Below, piece by piece: positions 48,440-61,203 of a stretch of DNA of 64,000 nt. The DNA is from Octopus vulgaris (Eukaryota). The position numbers and the translations under genes were made by a program. The stretch covers positions 5,270,001-5,334,000 of the forward strand of contig OX597834.1 in the NCBI GenBank assembly GCA_951406725.2. The letters are read 5' to 3'. Positions within the stretch are counted from its first letter, which is position 1. Every line of letters begins with the position of its first letter. The notes under the pieces are model-generated. The model was not told where the DNA came from. It saw only the letters and a list, made by a program, of their open reading frames with translations, and made no database searches.

Positions 48440-50345
48440 ATTTCACGATACTGCTCCATAAATGTCAAGTCGCCGAGTAGCTTTTCTTAATTTCATGCTG
48501 TATGCCTCTGCCAATCACACCAATGTAGTTGTGTTGTCTGTCTTCGTTCTCTGTTAAGTTGTGAAAGTTTCCAAAATATATCTGATATGACATGTTGTTG
48601 AGCAGGATATCAATCCCAGGAAAGCCTATTTTGCATTGATCCATCACAATAGTGATGGGAGAAATGTGTCCATCAATGTCTTTGGTCTTGTGCTCAACCT
48701 ATGTCAGTTTGAAGATTGTCATAATGGTACATGCACCATTAAGGCAATCTTCAAATTCTTCCCTTATAGTCCAGGTTTCTTCCCCACAAAGAAAAATGAC
48801 CTCAACAAATGCATTGACAGCCTATATTGATTTTGAAATACTTGATTGCCAAATATTTTGAGATTTGTTAACTCCAGGTTAATCAGCTGCATTTAAGAAC
48901 GTCTTACTTACGTCTTTCTTACCGCCAGAAAGTAAAGAGCTAATGTATTAGAAGTCAGAAACCTCCAAGAGTTCTGTGTCATCAATGAACCAAATTGGCA
49001 GGTAGCTTTCAGCTTCACTGATGGTCGTGTATTCAGTTCTCTCTCTATAGAGAAACAGATCGGCTTCAGCTGCAACAGTTTCAAGGGATGTTAGCAAGCC
49101 TTGTGAATCATACAATTGATCAGCTACAAGAGAAAGATCATCAGAATAGGTGAGATCAAGGAGAGAGAGAGAGAGGGGGGCTCTGCTGATGGCATGATAG
49201 CTTCCGTTTGATGGGGACGTTTATCATCACTTGGATGAAGTCAAGATTTTGCCCATGGTTGAAGTCCACTACAGTCACATAAAAATGAGCTGGCATGTCT
49301 CCTGAAGGACTTCAGCCTTTATTGGTAACACTGTAGCAGGAATGTCTGTGCTTTGCACAAAGCTTGAGGTGTGTTCTTACCTGATGGTGATGGTTTAACC
49401 ATCTCATCTGTTGTATCATAGCTCAGTCAGGTACACAACAGAACCCTTCTGCTGCCTTGGAGAAATCCCCAAATTCGATTTATGCCTTTAACCTGGAGAT
49501 TCTGAGGTCTTTTGGATTTCATTCTTCTAAACGCAAATGGTAGCATTGATCTGTATTAGTGAAGGGTGTTTTGACCCCGTTCTTTGGTTAACATTAATGT
49601 GAAGTGAACCTCTCTTTAGGAATACAGAGTTGTAGATTTTGGAGCCAAGGTGAGAATGAAAATTACCTGTGGTTCTGAGACTGATTAAAATCATCTTTCT
49701 TTGTAAGAGGCATACTTCTAGATTTTGAGAAGTGTGTTGGCCTATTTTCTTTATGGGTTTTGTTACAGAACGCCAACAGATGTTCGTGAAAGAGTCGATT
49801 CTTTCAGTTGGTGGCAAGAATATCATCTGAAAATATGAAAACCTGAGGTTTTCATATCTTTTTGCCATTTTTAGATATTCTGAACCAGTTTTTAAAATTC
49901 TAAATGGTCCTGTCTACATCGGCAGGTTATCTACTAATTTGTAATTTAGTTTAGTTTTCTATTGCTCTGTGTTACCAAGTAACAATTTAAAATACCAAAA
50001 CTATGCCACACGATGCTTATCAGTGGTTCCTCTACAATGCGAAGAAGCTCTCTGGTTCCTTCAGAGTGGCCCAGGCAGCAGCATGCTTCTTATTATGGAG
50101 GTTGTCAATTCTTCAATGCAATTACTGTTTCTTCCTATTGCCTCTTTTATGCTTCATCAAATGTAACTTTAGTTGAACTGAGGTTTATTTCAATATTCCT
50201 GGTGAATGTCTCCTGCATAAATGGTTCATCATGTATGTTTTCCTATACAATATATGTCAATGGTGTACACAGTCTCCTCATATACAGGTTCTTTCTTTTA
50301 GCAGTAGAGTTGTTGCACGAGTCGATTATAATGGGGATTTTATGT
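48440..50345 (-). mobile_element. Old, heavily decayed RTE-like LINE (RT domain and upstream region)
   Basis: Minus-strand peptides LDLTYSDDLSLVAD (YADD-like), LLTSLETVAAEADL, LKNIWQSSISK and VEVIFLCGEETWT. The upstream extent is uncertain. Confidence 0.65.
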
Positions 50346-50349
50346 TGAA

Positions 50350-50735
50350 CTAGCAGTATCGCCCGGCGTTGCTCGGGTTTGTAAGGGAAATAACTATAAA
50401 GCATTTTTAGAGAGTTATAGCCAAAAAATAGCAAAAAAATGGGGAAAAAAATGATGGTAAATTTTTTTTTGATAGTTAAAAAGGTCGAGTTGCGTCCCCT
50501 AGACCATCTGTGGTTTGTGTTTCTGATTGTCGACCCCATGTCGAATTTATCGATCTTTTTCAGAACTGGGGGAACTTTTCAAAATTTTCGCTGCGTTAGT
50601 TTTGAATTATGACATTGGGCTATGTGTGTGTCAAGTTTCATCAGAATCGGTTGAAAGCCGTGGTCAGGGTGAGGGTACAAGCAAACAGACACACAGAAAC
50701 ACGCACAGACAAACTGCCGTTTATATATAGAGAGA
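50350..50735 (-). mobile_element. Non-autonomous Helitron, complete
   Basis: Minus strand A|TCTCTCTATATATAAACGGCAG...CCCGAGCAACGCCGGG CGATACTG CTAG|T: TC start, subterminal hairpin, CTAG end, AT target. Confidence 0.92.
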
Positions 50736-51202
50736 TGAAGATGACTGCACTATTTTTGTTTGCACTGAGGTTGGATCGACAATAATGAATAAGACTGTTC
50801 CATTCCTTTAATTCTATTTGGGAAGCATTGTTAGCTCAAAAGGTTAGGATCTTTAACCCTATAGTTATTGTGTTGTGAACTCACGTTATTAATATATTGA
50901 TACAACCGTCTCTGATAGAACCGGTTCTTTTGCTATCAATGTCTGTAAATCCATCCTGCAAAGCAACAGCGTCTTTCCTCTGCAAAACTACCATCTGCCA
51001 TTTAATCCTAGCTAGCTGCAAGTTGCAACAAACTCCAGCGCCCTATGGTGGGTGAAAGTTATTTACTAATGCATTTTACTCTGCAACCCTTACAGGTGTT
51101 ACTTTCTGGGGCAAAACAGACCTGGAAATAGAGTGATTTGAGCAATAACCCCATTCCTCTCAGAATCTAGTATCTCCTAATGGATGCAGTTTACAGTCAT
51201 AT

Positions 51203-51421
51203 ACCTATTTCATTATTACACACAAGGGGCTAAACATAGAGGGGACAAACAAGGACAAACATAGGTATTAGGTCGATTACATCGACCCCAGTGCGTAACT
51301 GGTGCTTAATTTATCGACCCCGAAAAGATGAAAGGCAAAGTCGACCTCGGCGGAATTTGAACTCAGAACGTAACGGCAGACGAAATACCGCAAAGCATTT
51401 CACCCGGCGTGCTAACGCTTC
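51203..51421 (-). mobile_element. SINE family B, single unit
   Basis: Reverse complement of the family B core and head. Confidence 0.85.
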
Positions 51422-54248
51422 TCCCAGTCATATACCAGATATGATAATCATTGATCATTTGCTGTTGTTTTGTGGATATTTATATTTTATGGATTAACAT
51501 TAGATAGGGTGTAAATTAATTATCCGTTCACTGTATAAATATTCAAAATTGTTTACATTGCAAAAGCTAGCACAGGAGATTGGATACAAAATTGAAAAGA
51601 AAAATATTCAAATTTTATATAACTTTAAGCATTTATAATTTTATGAATTTCAACTTTCAAATATTGAACTATGCACTTAAAAAGTATAACATTTATTTAC
51701 CAACCATATTTTTTCCAAAATGGAAAGCTTTTGAGACAGGAAAAAACAAAAATGAAACATCAAGACATGAAATTTTCTTTTAATCATTTTAATTCAAATG
51801 TATTATTCACGACATTTTCCAATTTGCTTTTTCCAAAATTTCCTTCCTTTTTCAAAGAAATCAATATTAAGGAAGCATTCCATTATCCAAGTTTGCATCT
51901 ATTTTACTTTTAAGTGAAGAATTAAAAACCTGATAATATTTTGAATTTTTATGAAAATTTAGACATCTGCAATTTTATAAACTTCCAGTTAAAAAATTTC
52001 ATTCCTACTCAAATTTAGTTTACATTTAAAAACTCTATATATTTCCAAAGTATGAAGCATAATTTTATTGATATTTTTGTACCCATATATCAAATTGATT
52101 CTTTTTTTATGAAATTCTGTTTTAGTTTAGAGAGAAAGCAATTTTGTCAGAATATCCCTTCATTTGGGTTTACACTTATTTTGCTTCCAAAACCTGATAA
52201 GGCAGTTCTGTATAATTGCTACTGTATATTGCACTAAATCAATTTTTTTGTTGTTCCTCCTGATACTGATCTAAAAAAAATCTGCCGTATTTTTAATTTT
52301 TATATATTTTTATTGCTAATAATTTTGTAATTTTCATATATAATTTGTTAAACAACCTGCAAAGTAGAAAGAATAAAGATAAAATTTTACAAAACAGAAA
52401 GAAAAACTCTTACGCACATTTTTAATTGTTTCTGCTTCAAGCCAAGAATATCGTTTGAACAGGTTTATTGAAAGCTGACATTTTGTATCTAAGTTTGTCT
52501 ATTTATTTTTTAATATTTGTTTTTAAATTCTTAAATTCTTAAGATTAATGATTTTTTTTCAAACAAAACCTTTATTAATTTCTTTCAAATTAGTGTTCTT
52601 ATAATAAATCAAGATCCAATGCACTAGATAAGTGACATGGACAATCTATGTGTGTGTGTGAGTTTGTGTTTGTGTGTACATACAGATGTATATATGTGAT
52701 TTGTGTATACATGTGTGTGAGTGAACATATATACATCATACGTCACAAACATATATATGTAACAATGCATTATTTCCATTAAGCTTGAGTCAATATTGAT
52801 GAAAATTGAGGAACTGTTTGCCAACTTCTTTTTATAAAAAAATAATTGGCTTTTGTGAAAGTAAAAAAAAAAAACAAAGAAAAGGAGAAAGGAAAAAAAG
52901 GAAGTTAGTGGAAACGAAAGAGAGAATGTTTCAAAATTCAATTATTTTATAACGGATGAAAAAGAAAATACAAAGGGAAAATATATTAAAAACATATACA
53001 ACAAACACAAAATAAAAACATTTACAATCAAAACAAAAGCTTCCTCCAGCTATAATGACAATATAATGCAATTTGAATATAAGATAAAATCCTTGAAAAT
53101 CAATATTGTTCAGTTCCGACCATAAATAAACTGCAATCTCGATGACGACGACGATGATGATGATGATGATGATAATGAATATTATAAATATATAGCTATC
53201 AATGCTCAACTACTACAGCATGGGTTGTTGTTAATGTCGAGTTTATTTCGTATTGTTTTTCTATTGAATATTTATAAAGCAAGCAAACCAACATATAATG
53301 TTTTGACAAAATGTTAAGAAGCAGTGAATTGTCTCTAATCGTTGTATGCATTTACATATCAATAAGTTAAGAACAAACGTATCTATTGAGACGACAAAAT
53401 AAAAAATTTATATGAAAAAAATACAAAGAAAATAGTAAAAGGAAGAAAAAAAATAACAAAGCAAACTTAACATTAGCTGGTGGGTGATATATTTAAATTC
53501 AGCTACACAGACGTGAGTATTGTGCATGAAGAAAACAAAAACAGTTGAAAAAATACAACTTGAATAAATAAATAAATTTAATAAATATAACAGGATAATA
53601 TCTGATTATAAAAATATAAAATTAAACACTGTGATAAAGAAGAAGAAAAAAACATTCGTTCAATCATTTTCTCTTTTTGCTTTTTTGCGTTATTTTTTTT
53701 ATTTTTTTAAATATTTTTTATTTTCTCTTTCTTCTTCTTAATGCCAAGTTTTAAATATTTTCTTTAGATTATTATCTGGCGAAACACTAGATGTGATAAG
53801 TGGAAATTTTCATTTAAAAGAGGAGGTCTGGAATAGATATTGTCACCTGAAGAATAAGTACCATTTATCATGCAATTGAGTTCAGTTATCAATGTTTATA
53901 TTTATTTTCTTGTGAATCACGTTATCTGACAAAGATAACTGTTGCTTTGCCGAAGATTGATATTTCAGAAAAACCTGTCTAAATTCTACGTGGATAAGCT
54001 TTGTGTCAACTAAATTGCTGTTGTCAGTGTTGTCATCACTAATGTTGTTGTAGTTGTCATCACTGTTGATGCCATTGTTGTCATGACAACCATGGTTAAT
54101 TTTCTTCCTTTTCTTTTTATACTGTATGTTCTTTTAAAGACGTGGAGTTGATATTAGTTTATCAACAGAGGCTGCTGACAGTACAACGAGTATATATATT
54201 TTAGCCTGTTGTAGCTTGGGGTGAATAGTTTCATATTTTATTCTAATA

Positions 54249-54622
54249 CTAGTAGTATGATCAGGCAACACCGGGTCATAGTGCTAGTGCATGCATATAC
54301 AGCTGCGTGCGTGCGCACATACACGCGAGTACTGTCCAAAACTCCGACCAATCACATACGGCTAGCTGGCATTCAATTGGCGTATCAAGTTTCGGGCATT
54401 TTGATTGGGTTTTGGATAGAAAACTCACAAAAAAGTCACTTCTTTTGATTTTTTAATGGCTTTGCGGGTTGACTGGGGAAATGTAAAGATATGCACGACC
54501 ACCCTGGGACAGTTTTGAATGACCATAGAAAGTGAGAGCACTCTAACTGAAAAATTGTGGATTTGTATAAAGGACACGCACACACACACACACAGACAGT
54601 TTGCCGTTTATATATAGAGAGA
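54249..54622 (-). mobile_element. Non-autonomous Helitron, complete
   Basis: Same 5' end (A|TCTCTCTATATATAAACGGCA) as 50735 with a different interior. Palindromic 3' end finishing in CTAG|T at 54249. Confidence 0.88.
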
Positions 54623-54746
54623 TATTGAGCAAGAATTCAATTTAAAAGACATACAACTGGAAAATGCAAGAATTAAACAATGATTTGGTTTCTCATTAAA
54701 AGATCCGAGAGAGAACTGTGGAGGTCATAAAAAGAGGAATCAAAAT

Positions 54747-55158
54747 TTACTCTTTTACTCTTTTACTTGTTTCAGTCATTTGACTGCGGCCATACTGGAG
54801 CACCGCCTTTAATCGAGCAACTCGACCCCGGGACTTATTCTTTTGTAAGTCCAGTACTTATTCTATCGGTCTCTTTTGCCGAACCGCTAAGTAACGGGGA
54901 CATAAACACACCAGCATCTGTTGTCAAGTAATGCTAGGGGGACAAACACAGACACACAAACACACACACATATATATATATATATACATATATACGACAG
55001 GCTTCTTTCAGTTTCCGTCTACCAAATCCACTCACAAGGCATTGGTCGGCCCGGGGCTATAGTAGAAGACACTTGCCCAAGATGCCACGCAGTGGGACTG
55101 AACCCAGAACCATGTGGTTGGTTAGCAAGCTACTTACCACACAGCCACTCCTGCGCCT
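54747..55158 (-). mobile_element. SINE family A, full length
   Basis: Reverse complement of family A. Confidence 0.9.
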
Positions 55159-55574
55159 GTATATTTTTATAATGAGATAATGTAATAAATAGAGGCAGCG
55201 ATAAAAGACTCTTACAGACCTTTGCAGATTGGGATGATACAGATTCTTTAGGTTTTGTTCAAACTTCCACAGTCATTTAAGAACAGGTGTGAGTTGAGAA
55301 AACAATCACAGATTTCTGAGAGCTTGTGTAAAAAGTTTCGGTTTGTTATTAGTTGTAATGAGTAATTAATTGTAATACACAGAAAAAAATAATAAAGTAT
55401 GGACAAAAATGGAGCGTCATTAATTATTTCAGAAGCAGAGAAATGCCTGGTTTTAATGTAAGAGAAATTGGAAAGCAAAGGTAGTGAGGTGAATTGTAAG
55501 TAAATAGAGTTATCATGAATGTATTTCAGAATATTTGTCGATATTGAGAGAGTTGCTGTTATGACTGAGTTTAA

Positions 55575-55960
55575 GAAGTTTTCTTTCCAACCACATCGCA
55601 TTGGGTTCATTCTCACTGCGTGGCACATTAGACAAGTGTCTTCGACAATAGCCTAGGGATGGCCAAAGCCTTGTGAGTGAATTTAGCAGACGGAAACTAA
55701 ACGAATCTCGTCGTATATGTATGTATATGTTATGAGTGTGTATGTATGTATGCGTGTGCATGTGTATCTGCTTGATAACTGGTGTTAGTGTGTTTATGTT
55801 CCCATAATTTAACAGTTTGGCAAACGAGACCAATATAACAATTATCAGAGTTAAAAAAAAACATAAATACTGGGGTCGGTTCATTTGACCAAAATTCTTC
55901 AAAGTGTTGCTCCAGCATGGCCACAATCTAATGACTGAAACAAGTAAAAGATAAAAGATT
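55575..55960 (+). mobile_element. SINE family A, old diverged copy
   Basis: CACTGCGTGGCAC...CCAAAGCCTTGTGAGTG...GCTCCAGCATGGCCACA...GACTGAAACAAGTAAAAG. Confidence 0.8.
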
Positions 55961-56670
55961 AAAGACGCCTCTCATTAGTAAGTGATGTTGTTTTTGCCTG
56001 GCCCTCATGTCAGCTCTGATGTGAAAGACTTATGGTTAAAGGCATCCACATAATGACCATCCCATCTTTTCATTCACGTATCATTTAGCTATGAATAACA
56101 TTTTTAAAGATGTTGTGGATATTACTGAGGGTAGCTGAGTATCAGTTAATATTTCTAGAAGAGCAGCAATTGTATAAAAGCCTCTTGATTAGTTATAAAT
56201 ATGTAATTATCTAAACTGCTGAAATAACCTAATGGTTACAACTCACTTTTGTGTAAGTATATGTGTTTCAATGTGAGCTGGAGTGAACGTTTCAACATAC
56301 AAGAGCAATATTCTACACTTAAGTGTATTTGTGTCTGACTGACAGTTTTGCTGAACATCTTCGTAACTTGGTAATGAAAACTCTGATCCCACACCGTTTC
56401 CACTCGACAGGTTATTCCCTGCAACATCCACTTGTCTTTGAACTGGCCTTGAACAGACGTCACTCGCACAACTGTCTCCATCAGAAGCAGGAATTAATTT
56501 TCTTTCTCCATACTTCAGTCCCTCATGGTCTAACTTCTCCACTCCATTTTCATTTAAATCATTCCTCCGTATACATTTACACACCTTTTACCATTGCACT
56601 GCCCTTCCACGTCTACTCCATACATTACTTTTCTATACCATTTAACTCATTACCTAACACCACACAAACA

Positions 56671-57267
56671 CCTATTTCTTTACTACCCACAAGGGGCTAA
56701 ACACAGAGGAGACAAACAAGGACAGACAAACGGATTAAGTCGGTTACATCGAACCCAGTGCGTAACTGGTCCTTAATTGATCGACGCCGAAAGGATGAAA
56801 GGCAAAGTCGACTTCGGCAGAATATGAACTCAGAACGTAACGGCAGACGAAATACCTATTTATTTACTACCCACAAGTGGCTAAACACACGGGAAACAAA
56901 CAAGGACAGACAAAAATATTAAGTCGATTACATCGAACCCAGTGCGTAACTAGTACTTAATTTATCGACCCCGAAAGGATGAAAGGTAAAGTCGACCTAC
57001 GCAGAATTTGAACTCAGAACGTAACGGCAGACGAAATACCTATTTATTTACTACCCACAAGTGGCTAAACACACGGGAAACAAACAAGGACAGACAAAAA
57101 TATTAAGTCGATTACATCGAACCCAGTGCGTAACTAGTACTTAATTTATCGACCCCGAAATGATGAAAGGTAAAGTCGACCTACGCGGAATTTGAACTCA
57201 GAACGTAACGGCAGACGAAATACCGCAAAGCATTTCGCCCGGCGTGCTAACGATTCTGCCAGCTCAC
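56671..57267 (-). mobile_element. SINE family B, three units
   Basis: Three reverse-complement units of about 183 bp plus the head. Confidence 0.9.
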
Positions 57268-57595
57268 CACACAAATACCATTTACAAACAGCACATACAT
57301 ACACCTATACACGCCCTTTCTAGGCATTCCGCACACACTAGCACCACACTTCCAATAGCAGATGTATAATCACATACCTATACTGCCCAACACCAGCTAC
57401 TTTTGCCACCTCCAGTCCCCCAAAACCTTTATGTAGCATGAAACTCTTAAAATCCACGTACCCACACGCATACACGTGCCCATACACACGTAAAAACATG
57501 CAAAGTAAACACACACATTAGCCTCTTGCATACGTTGCCCAATTAGTTTCCACAAACTGAAAACAGGGACACACGGACATAAACGAACACAATAG

Positions 57596-57982
57596 GGGAA
57601 GCACTCCGTCGGTTACGACGATGAGGGTTCCGGTTGATCCGAATGAACGGAACAGCCTGCTCGTGAAATTAACGTGTAAGTGGCTGAGCACTCCACAGAC
57701 ACATGTACCCTTAACGTAGTTCTCGGGGGATATTCAGCGTGACACAGAGAGTGACAAGGCCGGCCCTTTGAAATACAGGTACAACAGAAACAGGAAGTAA
57801 GAGTGAGAGAAAGTCGTGGTGAAAGAGTACAGCAGGGATCACCACCATCCCCTGCCGGAGCCTCGTGGAGCTTTTAGGTGTTTTCGATCAATAAACACTC
57901 ACAACGCCCGGTCTGGGAATCGAAACCGCGATCCTATGACCGCGAGTCCGCTGCCCTAACCACTGGGCCATTGCGCCTCCAC
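57596..57982 (-). mobile_element. tRNA-derived SINE family C
   Basis: Reverse complement of 32145-32527. 15-bp TSD AAACGAACACAATAG at 57581-57595 and 57983-57997. Confidence 0.92.
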
Positions 57983-58344
57983 AAACGAACACAATAGCTC
58001 CATGTACACACGTGTATGATCAGACACATGTCATTCATAGCCTTTAACGCACTCAGCCAGAAACAGTAAACTAGAACACACACACACATACACACCAATA
58101 CTCACGCGCACACGGTGTACATGCAGACTGTAGCTTCACACACACAACGTATGATAGCCTTCTACACACACACACACATGTCAGATAACCTCACACATAT
58201 ATACATGCGTCCATACAAATGTAAATACATGCACAGCACATAGAGGATTCATGCCATATTAACACTTCATACACATACAAGAGCTTCCTCACACACGCGT
58301 GCACTACATACACACTAGCTTTATACCTACCCACTTACTTATTT

Positions 58345-58897
58345 GGTGGCTGCCCCCTCGTTATCGAGTATGGCCATTGCACGAAGCTTAATCAATGTTG
58401 TTATCGTGCAATGCCTGTGCAAGAAGATCTTTTTTAAAGTGAGGAAAGGCTGTGCACTGAGTCAATCCCACTCACTAAGCAACAGCAGCCATAATCCGAA
58501 AAGAAGAACAAGTCAACATCATCGGTAACCACTGAGCCGCAGGTTTTTTGTCGGAGTTATCCCAGTTACCTGAGTTACCTTCTCCTAGAAGGATGCCCTA
58601 ACAAAGGCTAGGAGTCCTTCACTCCCAATGGTTTAACCGCGCAATCGGGTATTCAGTTCGATTATTTCTATGTCCCCGCGCATGATACATCCTTAAGACA
58701 TTTATTGGATGGCCGTTGACTCTCAAGAGTTCCTCCGCTCTTTGACGGGTTTTGTTTTTACATTCCGCAGGGTATCCAATAAACACCCTCCTCACCAAGC
58801 AAGCTTGGTGGGGTTGCCGGTTTAGTCGCCGACGACCCGACCATTCAACAGGCTGTACTGGATTACATGTTACCAATAGCACTCGAAAGTGACTTGA
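58345..58897 (-). mobile_element. Probable non-autonomous RTE-derived element
   Basis: GC-richer insert of about 550 bp flanked by ACTTATTT on both sides. Its end motifs recall RTE UTRs. The family call is an inference. Confidence 0.45.
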
Positions 58898-59323
58898 CTT
58901 ATTTATTTACATACATGCATACACGCGCCTCCAAACACACGAACACACATTAGCTTCATATCCATACACTTGCTTGGTCACATGCATACACATAAGCCAG
59001 ATCAATGTTGTCTCCCTTGGCACTCATGCCTCAAGATAAATTGACAGTTGTCTCCCTTACCACTCACGTCTTTAGCAGCCTCTTGCTCTTCCGGTCATTT
59101 CAACATACGGTGATTCTACGTTTGAGACGTGTTTGTTTTTCTTCTATCCTCGTCTATCCTATCTGAAGAAGTGCATATGCTTAAAATGTTAAAAGACTTC
59201 TAATATTTTCTGAGCGAGTGTTAACCTAATATACCTTGTTCGTTTCTCTTTTACTTTGTGATTTTTGTGATTTTTGAGTTTTTGACACATACACATAAAA
59301 AGAGAGAAAAAGTGTGTGTGTGC

Positions 59324-59359
<36 letters not shown>

Positions 59360-59605
59360 TACACACCAGTTTTCTAAAGACTTTTCCCTGCTTGAGAAGT
59401 GGAACAGTTTATTAATATCAAGGGCAACACCTTCCCTTTAGTTAAAGTTTTCAAAATCAATAGACCACTGATGTGTAATGTAAAAGAAGGACCCAATTGA
59501 TTTTGTTTCATAAAGCCAATATGCTATCTCTGGGGAGGGGGAAAAGAACAAAAGTTATTTATGATAATTTTTATCAACTTTGAGTTGAATATTGACAATA
59601 TTTAT

Positions 59606-60010
59606 AGACGTAGGAGTGGCTGGGTGTTAAGTATAAGCGTAGGAGTGGTAAGTGTGGTATGTAGCTTGTTTACCAACCACATGTTCCCGGTTCAGTCCCA
59701 CTGCGTGAAACCTTGGGCAAGGGTCTTCTACTATAGCCTCGGGCTGACCAAAGCCTTGTGAGTGGATTTGGTAGACGGAAACTGAAAGAAGTCCGTCGTA
59801 TATATATGTGTATATGTTTGTGTATCTGTGTTTGTCCCCCCAACATCGCTTGATAACCGATACCGGTGAGTTTACGTCCCTGTAACTTAGCGGTTCAGCA
59901 AAAGAGATCGATAGAATAAGTACTAGACTCGCAAAAAATAAGACCTGGGGTTAATTTGCTCGACTAAAGGTGGTACTCCAGCATGGCCACAGTCAAATGA
60001 CTGAAACAAA
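59606..60010 (+). mobile_element. SINE family A
   Basis: Family A body and tail with a duplicated head segment. Confidence 0.85.
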
Positions 60011-60016
60011 TATTAT

Positions 60017-60397
60017 ATGTGGTTCCGGGTTCAGTCCCACTGCGTGGCACCTTGGGCAAGTGTCTTCTGCTATAGCCTGGGGCAAGTGTCTTCTTCTATA
60101 GCCTCGTGCCGACCAAAGCCTTGTGAGTGGATTTGGTAGACGGAAACTGAAAGAAGCCTGCCGTATATATGTATATGTATATATATGTGTGTGTGTTTGT
60201 GTGTCTGTGTTTGTCCCCCCAAAATCGCTTGACAACCGATGCTGGTGTGTTTACATCCCTGCAACTTAGCGGTTCGGCAAAAGAGACCGATAGAATAAGT
60301 ACTAGGCTTACAAAAGAATAAGTCTTGTGGTCGACTTGTTCGACTAAAGCCGGTGCTCCAGCATGGCCACAGTCAAATGACTGAAACAAGTAAAAGA
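60017..60397 (+). mobile_element. SINE family A, 5'-truncated, tandem to the previous copy
   Basis: Starts at GGTTCCGGGTTCAGTCCC. Internal duplication of GGGCAAGTGTCTTCT.CTATAGCCT. Confidence 0.85.
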
Positions 60398-60978
60398 AGC
60401 AATACTTTATAATCTAGTCACTGAGTGCAATGACATCATCCAAGGCTGCAGAAGCAAGGTTCTTAGTTTGTCTTACTGATGCAACAGGTCTACCATTCAG
60501 CCTCTTGCAGCCATGGAGTCATAGACATACCAACTATTTTTATTATTTTGTATTACATTATCTTATGTACTATTGTTATATTTAAGTCCCTATGATGTAA
60601 TCTGATGGAGACTTAGCTGTTATTTTTTAAGCGGAAGCATCTCAAAAAGTTCTTATAGGAGGACTTGAGGGACATAAGGAGAGAAGCATTTGGCAACGTA
60701 TTATAATGGAAAATACGCAAATGATGGAGTTGCATATTTGCTAGTAATAATTGCATGGTGTTATATTTTGCACTAGAAGGAATTCGTTTGTGCTCATGGT
60801 CTATATCTATTATTGTCTTCCTAATTATGTGATTTCTGCCACATATTTTAAACAGCACCACTTATATACGTACTTAACCCTTTAGCTTTAAATCAGCCAG
60901 ATCCCGCTTCTCACACCTGTTCTACAATGTCATTTCAAAAATAAAAAAAAATATCACATCATTGGAATCTTGAAATTA

Positions 60979-61203
60979 TATTTCTTTATTGCCCACAAGG
61001 GACTAAACACAGAAGGGACAAACAAAGACAGACAAACGGATTAAGTCGATTATATCGACCCCAGTGCGTAACTGGTACTTAATTTATCAACCCCGAAAGG
61101 ATGAAAGGCAAAGTCGACCTCAGCGGAATTTGAACTCAGAACGTAATGACAGACGAAATGCGGCTACCCATTTCGCCCGGCGCGCTAACGTTTCTGCCAG
61201 CTC
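60979..61203 (-). mobile_element. SINE family B, single unit
   Basis: Reverse complement of family B. Flanked by TCTTGAAATTAT on both sides (TSD-like). Confidence 0.88.

Noticed and set aside
52355-52490. Minus-strand GTAAG donor and pyrimidine-rich CAG acceptor suggesting a mini-intron
   Set aside because: The upstream acceptor is A-rich and the joined frame stops within a few codons. It is plausible by chance in AT-rich DNA.
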